Notes under the pieces: generated by a model
The model's input: the letters and a program-made list of their open reading frames with translations, nothing else
Told to the model about the DNA's origin: nothing
Database searches by the model: none
Program-made: the position numbers and the translations under genes
Shown here: one piece after another, positions 1-18,629 of the stretch
Layout: every line of letters starts with the position of its first letter
How positions within the stretch are numbered: the stretch's first letter is position 1
DNA from: the human T2T-CHM13v2.0 reference genome, Homo sapiens
NCBI RefSeq assembly: GCF_009914755.1
Contig: NC_060926.1
Reading direction: 5' to 3' (one strand)
DNA: 64,000 nt

Positions 1-3687
<3,687 letters not shown>

Positions 3688-4424
3688 ATCTGAAATTATA
3701 GAATTGAGAAAATAAAAGGTGAGCCATCTTGTGGATTCTAAAAAATTCTGGACTAAGAAGTAACCTTCCAAGGAGCCAAACACAGATGAACTGATTTCAT
3801 TTCATAACAAAATAATATGTAATTCACCATGAAATAATGATAATGTATCCTTGCATGATAGGGGAAGAAATAAAAGTGATACAATGGAGGTATATATTTT
3901 AACCAGATAATGCTTCCTTCAAGATTTTATTCTTGAAGGTATGAATGATGAAACATGAGAATATCAATAAAGAGGGATAAAAGAGAACCATCTGAAAATG
4001 GGGAGAAAATGAATAGCTCAAAGGAGAATATAAAATTTGAATGTTTGGTGAACCCTATTATGACTTGCAACTCACTGGAAACTTTAGTAAATTCCACAAC
4101 AGGAGACAGTATGTTTTCATGTACCATAGAAAAAAACTTCAAAAAAGAAAAAGGTGTATGTTTTTATTAAAATTATTTTTAAATGTACAGTAAAAAAGTA
4201 TAACCATGTCCCATTTCATGGAGTAGAATTCTATTTGATATACTAAATTGATGGTGTTTACTCAACTGTGTCAGAAATGCAAAACTTATGCAGATAATGA
4301 GTGAATTATGTTTGCATCAAAATTAATTAAGGAAAACCATAGCCAAAATAATACAGTGAGTTAATATATATTTGTCTAGTGCTTTTCTACATTTACATTA
4401 CAATTTAAGAAAGTTTGGGAAAAT

Positions 4425-4462
4425 ACACACACATATATGTGTGTGTGTGTGTGTACACATAT
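4425..4462. repeat. (AC)n-ATAT-(GT)n microsatellite
   Basis: acacacacatatatgtgtgtgtgtgtgtgtacacatat read directly. Confidence 0.9.
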
Positions 4463-4559
4463 TGCTCAAGAGCAGTTCTATTATACATTTACTAACAAGT
4501 AAACACATATATTACATCATTAACTTTGTGATTTTATAAGAAATACTACAGAATTTTAA

Positions 4560-5450
<891 letters not shown>

Positions 5451-6306
5451 CTAAACTACGGTAAACTAGTTTAATTGCACAGCATGAACTTTGTACTTCA
5501 TAAAAAGATGTTTTAATGTAGTTGTAATCAGTTTATGAAAGATATTATCATTTGGCATATAAATATATTCAAATGATAATGCAAAGCTACATATGAAAAT
5601 TATTTTAGTTTACAATACAGATATTAATACAAAAATCTGCTTTATATAATTATTATTTGTCAATTATACCTTAATAAAGCTGGAATAAAAACATTTTTCT
5701 CACTGTCCTGTGGAATATTTTGCTTTATGTATTTAGTCTTTCATCACAGATATTTGGCAAACGGAAAATTGCTTTCAGAGAGTAACACTACTATATCCTA
5801 ATGGTTTGTGTGCTGTTTTATAAGATGAGGACACAAGTTTCTAATCTGTTTTATCTTCATTAAAAGACTTGTATCACATAATACATATCTAATCAACAAA
5901 ACAGTATTAGCTCTATGTCCATAGTGCTATTATAGTCATTTAAAATCAAGGGGAAAATAGAAATTATGTTTTAATATGCTTTTCTGGAAGATTATTTTGA
6001 AAAAATGAGAAATGTATTCATCAAATAAACAGTGTGACTTTTAGATGAAATATCACTTTAACACAGTGTAATTCCATGAATAACATTTCCAAAGACACAA
6101 CCTGTATAAAAATGGGCTTATGTCTATAGTTCACTGAACAATTCCATTAAGTAGATAACTTAAGGGTAATTTTGCTCATTAAGTTTTATGATTGAGAAGG
6201 AAATATCCACTTACAAATGTTAAATGCTATTACCTGAAAATGAGATACTACTTCAATTAGCTTGTTTCTCTCATTACACACTCTTGGGTGGGGGTGCTGG
6301 GAGTTA

Positions 6307-6661
<355 letters not shown>

Positions 6662-6689
6662 GAAGCATATGTGTTCCTTTCTGTCCTCA

Positions 6690-6975
6690 AAATATATATT
6701 ATTGTGGAGTATTATATATATTATATATGTTACACATATAACAATATATGTATGTTTTATATATATAACATTGTGGAGTGCTATATTTGTTATATAATAG
6801 ATGAATATAATTAACTTATTATATAATTTTAATTATATAATATATGTTTGTTTATTGTATAAATCTTGAAGGAGCCATAGAGAACAGGATAAGTTATCCC
6901 CTGAAGATTTATAAAATGAATTATTATAACAAAATATGTTATTATTGGATATATATTATATATAAGGATATATAT
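6690..6975. repeat. AT-rich low-complexity (TA)n-like region
   Basis: Degenerate tatatat runs, with a short repeated 'attgtggagt' motif. Confidence 0.7.
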
Positions 6976-7879
6976 GCTGATGGGATAATTAGATATTTGG
7001 AAGCAGAGAATATGAAAAACAAAAACAAGATGACACGTAATGATGTCAATTAAATATTAAAATATGTGAGGAACTCTTCAAGGAGTAGCTTATCTTCTTC
7101 CTTGTGGCTCCTTTAGGGTTGGAATAAAAAGACACATTGTCTCAGTCTTGTGTTAACACCTAGAAGAGCAGTTTCTTTCTGAAAGTTTAAGACAACATAA
7201 CTTCAACTCAAGGGGCAAAGAAGTGGGCCACTGGATTACTTTCTTTAAATGATAATGTTAAAGGTTAGTTTTATACTCTGAGTCATCATGGCTTCCCTTC
7301 TCCTGAGAATTTATAATTAAATTTAAGATGATGTGGAAAGTTAGTTGGAATGCTTTTAAATAGCAAGGAGACGAAAAACCACATTCACTGTTAAACCTTG
7401 TCTTCTCTTCACTCAGACAAGAATCCATACACATCACAGAGGGCTCAAAAACTCAGTGAACTCTCATTGTCCATGTCTGAATGAAAGACATGTACAAAGA
7501 AACAGTGGGTAGAAAATACAGGGTGTCTTGCAGTTTTCACGGATCTACATGGTAGTTGTACACCATATGATTAAGTTGTCCCTTCTGTTTTCTACACAGA
7601 CATTTACTTAAACGAAAAGAAAAGTAAAATAGAAAGCAAAATTGCAGCCAATTTGTTGAAAAATATTGCAGTAAAGTTGTCATAATAGAATTATTTTATA
7701 AATGACAACACAGTATAAAATAACAAAAATTTTCAAATGACATTCTGAGAAATTCAATTCTGTCCTCCTGATTTCTCTATCCAAATCATAAAATTAACCC
7801 AAGCTGACGTCCAAAGCTTAGATTCAAGGCCCAGGACTTAAAAAAAAAAAAAAAAAAAGTTTCTTAAAATACCTGGATA

Positions 7880-8082
7880 TTGGGGCCGGTCAGGGAGTAG
7901 GGTGGGGTTGCGGGAGGGAGAGCATTAGTAAAAATTAGAAAAAAATAGTTAATGCATGCTGGGCTTAATACCTAGGTGATGGGCTGATGGGTGCAGCAAA
8001 CCACAATGGCACACGTTTACCTATGTAACAAACCTGCACATCCTCCACATAAACCCTGGAACTTAAAATAAAAATAAAATTT
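7880..8082 (+). mobile_element. L1PA/L1PB-type 3' UTR end (5'-truncated L1)
   Basis: gggagggagagcattag...aatgcatgctgggcttaatacctaggtgatggg...gtgcagcaaaccacaatggcacacgtttacctatgtaacaaacctgcacatcc...acttaaaataaaa. Confidence 0.92.
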
Positions 8083-10839
8083 AAATTTAAAAATTAGATA
8101 AATATTTTTATATAATCTAAAAAAGAACGCCAAAACTATAATTTTGCATTACTTGTATTTTTTGCTGTTTATGTTTAACTTTCCTAAAATTGATTAGGAC
8201 TAGTAGAAATCTGATAATACCATCACTATTTTGTAATTTTCATGTTTATCTCCCAACCTACAAGATTCTTTTACCCTCACCAAATGTTCCAATAAATTGA
8301 ATCCATTGTGAAGTCATTCCCACAACAATTGTGGCACTGATATATTACAGAAAAGAGATATATTTTATCTGATCACATTTTATTTGAAATCAACTCAATT
8401 TTTCTGTTTCTCATATACCCTCATAGATTTCTCTTCTCATAAATCTTAAGTGCTTTTAAATTTAGTTGTAAGAATTCAGTTCTTAATCACTAGATGGCAG
8501 ACCAAATCCACCATCTTATTATAACAATTAGAAACTAAATTATCACAATTGCAGCTTGCCAACTATATGGTATGCCCTGCATCCACATTTTTTCACACAA
8601 TTACACCTGTGGGGGAAAAAAAAAAAAAGCCTGCATAGAAACGGCCATATTGAAACCTTGGACTGGCCAAGAGAGACGACTGTATTTGCATATTAAATTA
8701 TTGGAGTCTACTTACAGGCTTTGAAAAATATATGAAATAAAAGTCCCTAAAATTATGTTAGATATTCTCTAGCCATTAACTAAAGTTCTTTCAAGCAGAA
8801 ATAATACACAGCACACACGTGTTATAAAAATTTTAAATCTCTTATTCAGACACAGGTTTGTGCTGATCATTTTCCCCTGTGAGCTGTGAGACTGTGAGCT
8901 CCTCGACAGCCAGAACTGTGTTTACCTCAGCAACCTTCACATTTAATGTTATATAATCCGTCTTTGATAAACGTATGTGTAGCATTGATGAATGCAGATG
9001 TGAATGAGGAAAGTAAGGAACTAGTTCATTGATATGCCTATTAAAAAGATAAGCACTTTTAGCTCTCTTTCCTCCTTCCCTAATCTTTCCAGAGAGGATG
9101 TGCTCTTAGGAACCCTTTTTTGAATGAAAGGGAATGGTCACTTGGTGGTTCTTACCAGGTGTGTCCCTGACATTCAGGCCTCTGTGTGACCAGAAAGGAA
9201 GAAGACTGTGTCAGTCACAACAGTTCATATTTTAGAACAACCTTCAGAAAGCTACAGCAACCCTTCAGCCTTCCTGACCCAGCAGATTTAGGTCCCTTTT
9301 GGGATTGTGAAGATCTGGGCTACCATTACTTAAAGTTTCTCTGACTGTAAAGGTCCTTGAGGGACTATAATCATGACACTGTCAGCTGGTGGCCTCATGA
9401 AGTGGAGAGAGAATGCCTTGTGGGACAAAGGAGGAGGTAATAAAGCCGCCCACGTGTCAGTCTGGATGCCACAGATGCTGCCTTTAGTAATGCACAGCAG
9501 AGCGTGGGCTCCTGGATGGGGTTCCAGAGAACCTACCAAGGAAATCCTTCCCTTCCTTCTGCTCTAGGGCACTGTTTATCATTAGAAGGGAAAGACGAAG
9601 AGGGACAGCATTCAATTCCTTCTTTAGACCATGCAGAGGAGATGCCAAAAATTCCACATTCCTCATTTTGCTTTCCTTAAACAACTCCCAAATTTTAAAA
9701 GTTAGATACATATGAAGCCACCAGGGATACCTGAGGGGGATCTATTACATACTTTGACAATTTTTTTCTATCTCAGCCTCAAGATCTATGGGATGGTGGG
9801 AGGATAAGTATGTATGGGGTAGGCCTATGGGGTTTTACATCTTCTGTTCTTCAATCCACTGCAAAGACTTTTACTTTCTAGTGAGCCCCGCAAGCTTAAA
9901 TCTGGTTTTAGGATAGTTATCCAAATTATTACTTTTTCTGTGCCCTGCTCCTTTTTTCCTTGTACCAACTGAACAAGAGTAGGCATTCAATAATTATTTG
10001 AGCTGAGTTAAATTTTTGTTCCACTAAGGACAATCATGTTTTATATTCTAAAGCAATATAATGACAATTTTGAAAATTTTCCTTGAAATCTGAAAAATTG
10101 AAAAGGAGATGACTCATAGAAAGCTTCATTTCAATGCATTTCAGTGAGCATATGAATTTAAAAAATTTGATAAACTGTCTGTGAAGGTGGTTGGTTTCTT
10201 CAGTGCAACCATTAAATGTTTTCCAATCTCATAAGCAAAGTTTTTCAGTTAACTAGTAAAACTGCTGTTTTTACTTTACTTAAAATGGAAAAAATAGAAA
10301 GGAAAAACTCTCATATTAGGTACTACTTAAGTTTTTTTCCATGTATCATTGGGAAATCTAAATGACTGTGGCCAAAACGTGAAACTAAAACTACACATAC
10401 TGCACATGCAATGCTCATCTACAGTTCTGTCTGGAAGAGCAGATTTCAGTCTGCTAATGCATTTGACATAGATTTTTTTTCCCACATACCTCAAACTACT
10501 AAATAGCTGCAAAACAGCACAAAGAGAATTGAGCCAACTCTATAATCTATACACTAGAAATTTCAGCAGTAATTTTTATAGCCAACCTTAGTTCTAATCT
10601 TAAATATTAATCCTCAGTGAATAAGTTTGGTACAGAGCTATGCCAAATGTGTCTGCCTACCTAAATACATGAAACATTTGTAAGTGTTCTGAATGATTTC
10701 TACTTAATCTCTCCTAGCCTAATATTGCTTGAGATCAACAGGAGAGACAAAAATCTGCTTAACTGTTTCTCTTTCAAAGGAGAAGTAAATATTCAGTAAT
10801 ATATAGTATCCACATTCCAGATTTCCTTCATCTCCTTCT

Positions 10840-11160
10840 GGTCTTAGCTCAAATGTTACCTACTCTGGTCACCTTACCAAAAAAATTGCACATGACTACA
10901 CACACATACAACCATAACACTCTCAATTCACTAATTCTTACTCTTTTTTTTTCTTTTAATGTAGTAGTTACCACTTTCAAGCCTACTATATATTGAATTT
11001 ATTATGTTTATTGTTTGTCACCCCATGATAGAATTATAGCTCTGTGAGAACACATATAATTTATTTTGCTTCCTTTGTTGATATATTCTGATATCCTAGA
11101 ATAGTGTCAGGATCATAGTAAATGCTCAAGAAGTATTTGTTGAATTAATTTATTGAATAT
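10840..11160 (+). mobile_element. L2 3' end
   Basis: ttagctcaaatgttacc...atagtaaatgctcaagaagtatttgttgaattaat. Confidence 0.65.
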
Positions 11161-14129
11161 TAGTTGTTTGCTTAAGAAGCTTTATATGGTAAAGTCATTT
11201 CATAATATTCTTTTGTATATAAAAAGGGATTTTTATATCTAAAGTCAATTGTTAAGAATACCAAGTAAGAGATCTAGGCCATATTGAATACAAAATGATA
11301 TGCTTCAACCCTGGGCTATTACCTGATTTTTAGAGAAGCGCCATTTTAGCTGCTTATTTAAATGTGGGCCAAACCTACAAAGCTTTAAAATACCATGAAT
11401 TATAGGAATATGATGTATTATCATTTATTCCTGACATTATATCCTAAAAAGAACATATATTTTTACTCATTTTTGTAATTGAAAATAATTATTATTGTAT
11501 TTTAAGAGAATATTCATTATTGTATACTCAATGAGTATAAAATTAAATATTTTACATAAAACATTTTAGAATCAATTTAACTCTGTATTTTATTATGTCT
11601 TTGCAGCTGCATTTTGCCTCCTTTTTCAATTTTCCCTGATACAGAAGAATATTTAGGGCCTCTAGAGAAAATCCAGACATTGTAGTCAGCTTATTTCTTC
11701 CAATTCATTCTTTATTCTCTGCCCTTGCCTTGAGCAAGTTGAAATTTCTTTTACAATCCACCAAACATTCCACAGTTCTCAATGGCTCTTTGATCCCATT
11801 CATTTCAGTACCAAGGATTCTAAAATATTTTGAAGAAAATTTCTAATAGGAATTTAAAGGGATGCCTCTTTCTGCATTATTCCCTCTGGAGCTCAGTTCT
11901 GGAGGCATGGGTGAAAGGAGACTAGTGCTGTCATCCCAAAGGCCAATTTCTAATTTTATCCTCTTGGAAATATCTAGTGACTTGAATTAGTATTCAGTTT
12001 TGTTCTGCTTTACACAGATTTAATTTACATCTATTTTCTAGCTATTAAAAAAGTAAGTGATTTTGCTGAAGAACAAAACTAAAACTAGATTTTACTCTTC
12101 TTTCTGGCATTCCTTTCCAAGTCACTTCCAGAACAGGTAATAGAATCTTTAAAAAAAAACTGTAATTGTTATTTCAGAACCTAAATTCATCTCTTAATCT
12201 TCATATTTAGTTTATCCCTTATAATGTGCATAATTGCATGGAAGCCAATTTATTTATTGCATGTTTAAGATCAAAACTCAATATGCTCTGAATCTCAAAA
12301 CCAGCCAAATGCCATAGTCATACTTGGTATGAGAAAAAGAGTTGTTGCCTTTATTGGAAAGTTATATCAATAACTTTTTAGATGCACAGCAAAGCTCTTC
12401 ATTGGGTAATTTCTCTACTTGTAGGGAGAACAAAAGACAAGAAAAGCAAACAGACAAGGAGGATGAAGAGAGGAAGGAGGGAGAGGGGTAGAGGAAGGAG
12501 GATGAGACAATCATCTTCTTTCCATGTAACTTTACTACATCAAGAAGGAGGTTTTACAAGTTTCTTTAGAAAACAACAGAATTAACCTGAAGATACTTCT
12601 TTATCCTATTAGGGAAAATACAAAGAATGAATCGGAGATTTTTCACCTACAAATCCACGTGCTTCTAAGGAGAAGTTGCTATTTTCCTTAACAAGTAAAC
12701 ATGGGCAAACTTTATTAGAATTTCAAAAGTTTTAGATTATTACTTAATGTTATTCATTCAGTTTTTTAAATTCTGAATTTTATCATTATTGTATAATTCA
12801 CATTTTAATTTATTTAAACATGGTGACTACGAATAAAATATCTATAAAGGAAAACAATACTCTTGTCATTTTCTTTAAATACCTGTGGAAAGATTTAAAG
12901 TTTCTAAAATCTTTCAAAAATTTGCTTAATTCCAAGTAACTACAGAATACTTATTTCTTGCTAATACAGTCATTAGCACATGCTGAGATCAGAGGAGAAA
13001 AATATATAACATTTCCTAAACTAAGGAGTATAAAATTTAGTTTGGACAAAAGATTAACTAAGTTGTTTACTAGTCAACTGGTTATTACTAAATTAATAAA
13101 TGAAAAGTGTGCCTCAGTTTTTCTACTTGTTAACATATAGAAAAAGATAAAACATGAGCCTTTACTTTTGCAGATAAGAAATATTTAAAGATGTCATAAA
13201 GAAGTTTGCTTTAAAGTGTGTTTGAAAGCTCATCCTAAATTTGTCAATCTGGAAAAAGGAATAGAGGCATTAGTTAATCCATTTAATCGATAGTTATTTA
13301 TCTAGCAAATATAATAACAATTTTATTAAATACTTGTTTAGTACAAAAGGAAACTTTGGATCAGAGAATGAGACATTTGGAGTTCAACTTCCTTGCCAAA
13401 AACAACCAAAATATACAGAAGCTGCAAAAGATAATGAATTTTTTGTAGAATGATTTTGCTCATATGTGTATTTCACTAGTGCATTCTGGAAAAATTACAT
13501 ACACACTGAAACTTCATAAACTCATTCTATTTTTTCATTTCTCTAACCTATATGTATCCTGGGGCCTTTTGAATTATTGGTCCTTATCTTGGAAATCTTC
13601 CTCTGTGTTTTGAGAGGTTTTGTCTAATGCTGTTTATTTTCATTAACTACAACTAAGTCTGGGGAACATCAACCTGAGGATTTCCTAGAATCCAAAACAA
13701 AAACAATCTTCAATCATTATGGAAATATAAAATTCTGTTTACAAAAGCAAACTTCAAATTAGTAAGGGTGAACAGAATACAGAATAACATTACATTCACT
13801 TATGAGTATATCATCTATTGATTCTCCTTTGGTGTCCTATTTGATAATGAAACATATTTTAAACCCTTAGACACCAAGACAGTCTGGATACATAGCAGAG
13901 AGAAAGTGGAAACCCATAAATGCAAATCATTCAATGATCCCTCAGAATATACCAGCCATAATAATGGCTAAGGCCACAGTTTAGAGATCCTCTGTGTGAG
14001 TTTCAGTCCTCCCTGTATGTTTTAGTCTTCCAACACCTTTGGCATTAAGAATGTGTTTAAATCATAAAATAAATACACTTATTCTTGAAGCAAACATCAA
14101 AATAACATAATGTATGCATTTTGATAATA

Positions 14130-14355
14130 TTGTTTATTTATTCAACAAATATTTATCTGTTATTTTGCCAAGCACTGGGAATACAGTTAAAGTAATGAAT
14201 TCCTCTCTACCTTTACGGAGTTTACAGACTACTGAGAGAACCAGTGCAGTAACAGATTATTAGAACATAATTCTTTAAATACAAAATTATAGGCAAATCT
14301 TGGTTGTTGTGGGAACATGTAGGAAGGGCATATCATCTAGGCTGGAGGTCAGAGA
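14130..14355 (-). mobile_element. L2 fragment
   Basis: ttattcaacaaatattta...tgccaagcactgggaatacag, the typical antisense L2 tail. Confidence 0.6.
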
Positions 14356-14848
14356 AGTCAAAAGAAATCTGGGATTTGAGTTCTTTAACTTCCTTATTTC
14401 CTTTCTTTAATTTATTGTTTTGGGGGTTGCTTTTTTTTCAAGTGAGAAAATTAAAATCCAAAGCAGTTTTTTCCAAAAATTCATTTCCAAGGTGTATAAT
14501 ATTGTTACTCCTGGCTCCTTCCTGGTAATTGGCAACAGATTCCTTCTCTCTACCAACTGGCCAGGATGGATCTGAAGGAGACCAGGTACTCCCTCTCAAC
14601 CATGACTCTGATTTTAATTTCTTTACCATCTCTTCCTTTGACTGAGGGTAAAACAACAGCACTCTTGTTTCTAAACCAACTGGTATGTCCATGGGAAGGT
14701 GCCTTGGAGGAGGGGTGGGGCTCTTGCGGTGGTGCGGGCCAGCAGTCCAGAAGCCAAGACAGTGGTGCACAGCAACATGGCAGGAACCATTTGTTGCCGA
14801 TGACTAACTCACTCTAGCCACACTGGGACAAACTATAAAAGCATTTTT

Positions 14849-14970
14849 CAGGAGAATGGCATGAACCTGGGAGGCAGAGCTTGCAGTGAGCCGAAATTGC
14901 ACCACTGCACTCCAGCCTGGGTGACAGAGTGAGACTCCGTCTCAAAAAAAAAAAAAAAAAAAAAAAAAAA
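14849..14970 (+). mobile_element. 5'-truncated AluY (right-arm 3' part only)
   Basis: caggagaatggcatgaacc...gagcttgcagtgagcc (Y diagnostics), A27 run, TSD aaaagcatttttc on both sides. Confidence 0.92.
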
Positions 14971-16180
14971 GCATTTTTCTAGGTCCAATTCCACAGTCTT
15001 TCTTCAATTGTAGATACAGAATTCTGGATTATTGTGTTTTGACATTTTAGGAAGTCAAAAAAATAGTATAATGTCTAGTTTGAAAGAAGCTGACTTTTGT
15101 AATTTAGAAAACACTGTGAAGTAAGATATTAAATACCCATACTAAAAGTTTATTTTACTTATACTTAGCACATCCACTTATACTCATTTTCATAGATTAC
15201 TTAAGTATTTATTGAGTCTACTTACTGTATGCCTGACTATATACCATGGAAGAAAGATACAAAAGTTAAAGATACACAAGCTACTCCAGAGGAGCTTAGA
15301 GGAAAGTTTATAAAGTCACTCTTTTAACAAATATTTACTAAGAACATTCAAAATGTAAAGTATCTTCTATCCAGTTGTTTCTTCAATGACCACAATTAGT
15401 TGAGGTAGCAAATAGTTTATATAAGATACGAGGTTTGAGAATTACAAATAAGAAATCTGAAAAGATGGTATCACTATAAGCTGAAATTATCTGAGAAAGG
15501 GTGAGTAGAAGTGGGTTCTTAAGCAGGCCTTGAAAAAATAGAAGGTATTTGAGATGGTGGGGGTAAGGAAAACTCTGCCTGGGAAAGAGGCAGGGAACCA
15601 CCTAAAACAGGAATAGAGAGGGAGGAAAACATGTCATATACATAGCTTCAGGAGGGGATGGTTTAATTTATCAAAAAAAGGAGGTGATGAGAATACTTGG
15701 TACATGTGATACCTCTTCCACTAGGAAAGTTTTAACGACATGCCCACATGGAATTTGGTCATTCTCTTCTCTTGCTCTCATCTCACCTTATCCGTACACC
15801 TGGCAAATACCTGCAACATTCTATTACACTTATTGGTTTGTTTGCATGTAAACTCTACTGGGCTGTACATTTCTTGAGAATGAAAAACATTTAATTTCTC
15901 TCTATATCATGAGTGTATTAAAGTGCCTGATACATGAAATGCTTGCTGAATAAATGAAAAAAGGTAATAAATAAAAGAATGTATAAGAAGCTTTCAGGAA
16001 TATTAACGTAACTACCTAATTAAAGATATATCAGAAATAAATGAGACCAAAGGCCACTAGTGGAAAATGTTATACTGGAGTTAGGAGAAACAGTAGTTAT
16101 GAGAACAGAGGTAAAGCCACGAGACACTAGGTAGAAAATACGAAGGGTTTGATGAAGTTTGGGTGGGATAAAGTATTTAA

Positions 16181-16483
<303 letters not shown>

Positions 16484-16537
16484 TAAAGATAATTTCAGAG
16501 TCTCAGAAATGAATGGAGGAAGAAATATCTACTGGGT

Positions 16538-16816
16538 ACTTTGGGTTAAATTGTGCCCTGCTAAAAGATATACTGAATTCCTAATCCTCTGTACTTCAGA
16601 ATGTGACATTATTTGTAAATAAGGTCATTGAAGATGACCTAATTAGTTAAGATGAGGTCATACTGGAATATGATGGGCCCTTAATCCAATATGACTGGTG
16701 TCCTTATAAGGAGGGAAGAGGGGAATAGATACAGAGACTCAGACACTCATTTCTGTTGTCATAAGCCACCCAGTTTGTGGTACTTTGTTATCAAGCACCC
16801 CTAGGAAAGTAACACA
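16538..16816 (+). mobile_element. MLT1 (MaLR) solo LTR, internally deleted
   Basis: gggttaaattgtgccc...aaaagatat...gaatgtgac...gttaagatgaggtcatactgga...aatccaatatgactggtgtccttataag...taagccacccagtttgtggtactttgtta...ggaaagtaacaca. Confidence 0.85.
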
Positions 16817-16944
16817 GGTGTATGGTCTAGACATCGAATGAAATAAAAGTTTTGGAGAGATAAACAAATTTTATTTTAAAAATCCTAAACTCTATTTAAG
16901 GCATGTTGGAGTGAATCTTAAGGAAGAATAACCCAGTAGAAATA

Positions 16945-17080
16945 TTAATGGCAGCTATTAATTGTGTTCTAAAAGTTATGTTAAGTGAGTGATAAAAATT
17001 TTCCACATAGTCCTAACAACCATCCTGGTAGAGGCTTGGAGTCAATCATGATCACAAAGCTAGTGAGTGGCACAGCCAAT
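16945..17080 (-). mobile_element. MIR fragment
   Basis: MIR-like '...gatcacaaagctagtgagtggcacagcc'. Confidence 0.45.
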
Positions 17081-18629
17081 ATTTAAAAAAAATATACGCC
17101 CATAACTATTATACATTGTGTTAGACAACCAGATTGCTATGTTAGAGAAAAGATAAGGGGATGGCACATTTACATGTACAAAAGTCTTAAGTCACACTCT
17201 AAATGTGGATTTTGACTAAGAGAGTGGAAAAGTGACAAATAGAGCTCCTGTGAAGAATGAAGAGCAATAGAAGCCTGGGTTAAAGAAAAAACAGGTAAAG
17301 CATGGTTTACCTTAGAGATGAGAAAAGGAAGCGATTAAGAAGGGTGTTTTAAAAGAAAATGTGTGAGAACAAGAAGCAATTAAAATATACTAAGATTGCG
17401 AACCCCATTCTTTCTATTCATTTCCCAACTCTAAATGGAGGAAATTTCATTTCCTGGTGTTCCGCCTGTGTAGCCACCAAATGTTACCATGCTAATATCC
17501 GGTGAAATTCCCCCTAGCTTTTCTGAGGCCTCACAGGATATTGATGGAGGAAAGACTATCTCCATGACATGAATAAGTCTTTCAGGTATTTTAATGAGTA
17601 GGGATAGTAAATGATTGCATACCAACTATTATTTAGTTCTGTTTAGATTAGTTTATAGGGCGCAGGAAATGAAATTTTTCCCCAGAATATTCAGCTTGCA
17701 TTATATAAACATGACTCCGTTCAGCAAACAGAATGCACCATGCTTGCTATTTCACTTAAACTAAACAGGGGATGATAAAAAAGTCATTGAGGAAAAATTC
17801 AATAAAATTCAACATTATAAAATGCAATTTAAAGAAAACTATCAACTTCTGCTTTTTAAATTACATTACATTCATGTTTTCATTTTCTTTCATTTTTCTG
17901 AAGTCTGAACTAGTATTTTAAAAAGTTCTTAACTGTGTTTTCTTTTTTTTTTTTTTAATTTAATCTTTGCTATAGATTTGAAAATGGAATCTTCCTACCA
18001 GGACCAACTTATAACTTCAATTTTTTTCCTGTTTAGTAACGGTCAGGTTAGTCACAATAGATTCAACTGGCAATAAGGATTAGAAATAAAAGCAAATAAT
18101 GAAATAAATGTAATTGCTCACTTTGTTTTATAGCAATAAAAGCATATGATCTAATAAAAAATTCTAAGTATGATCCATTTGCATACTGATTTAATGGCAG
18201 ATAACTGAGTGAATCTGGATATTCTTATAGTGTTAATGGAATAGCAATGACTAAAAATTATTTAATGGAATTTTACGGGCTAAATATCAAGTATAAAGAA
18301 CTATGGGATTTATTATGAACTCAACCAAACTTTTCATGACTGGACCATATTATCAAATGAGATGACAAGATGTGCTAGATACAAAAAGAAACTCAAGGTA
18401 TGTATCCACCAATAGAAACTTCTCTGATGTTGTAGAGGTTCAACCATAAGGGAATAAGGCCATTCACAGTATCTGAATTGGTAAATAAAACAGTTAACTA
18501 GATTTAGAGGCATTATTTTATGTCCAGCTGCATTTACCAATGACTTCCCTGGGAATTAGGAATTCTAAGGCATAGACAAAATTATTCTGCATATCCACAC
18601 CAAATTGCACATACAGCAGTATTCACATA

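Noticed and set aside
7882-7920. G-rich G4-like stretch
   Set aside because: It is the usual G-rich tract of the L1 3' UTR.
7840-8628. Orphan poly(A) runs at ~7840-7858 and ~8615-8628
   Set aside because: No recognisable retro-element body or TSD; ordinary mononucleotide microsatellites.
17440-17515. NF-kB-like motifs (ggaaatttc, gtgaaattcccc)
   Set aside because: Imperfect short matches expected by chance; no support from sequence alone.
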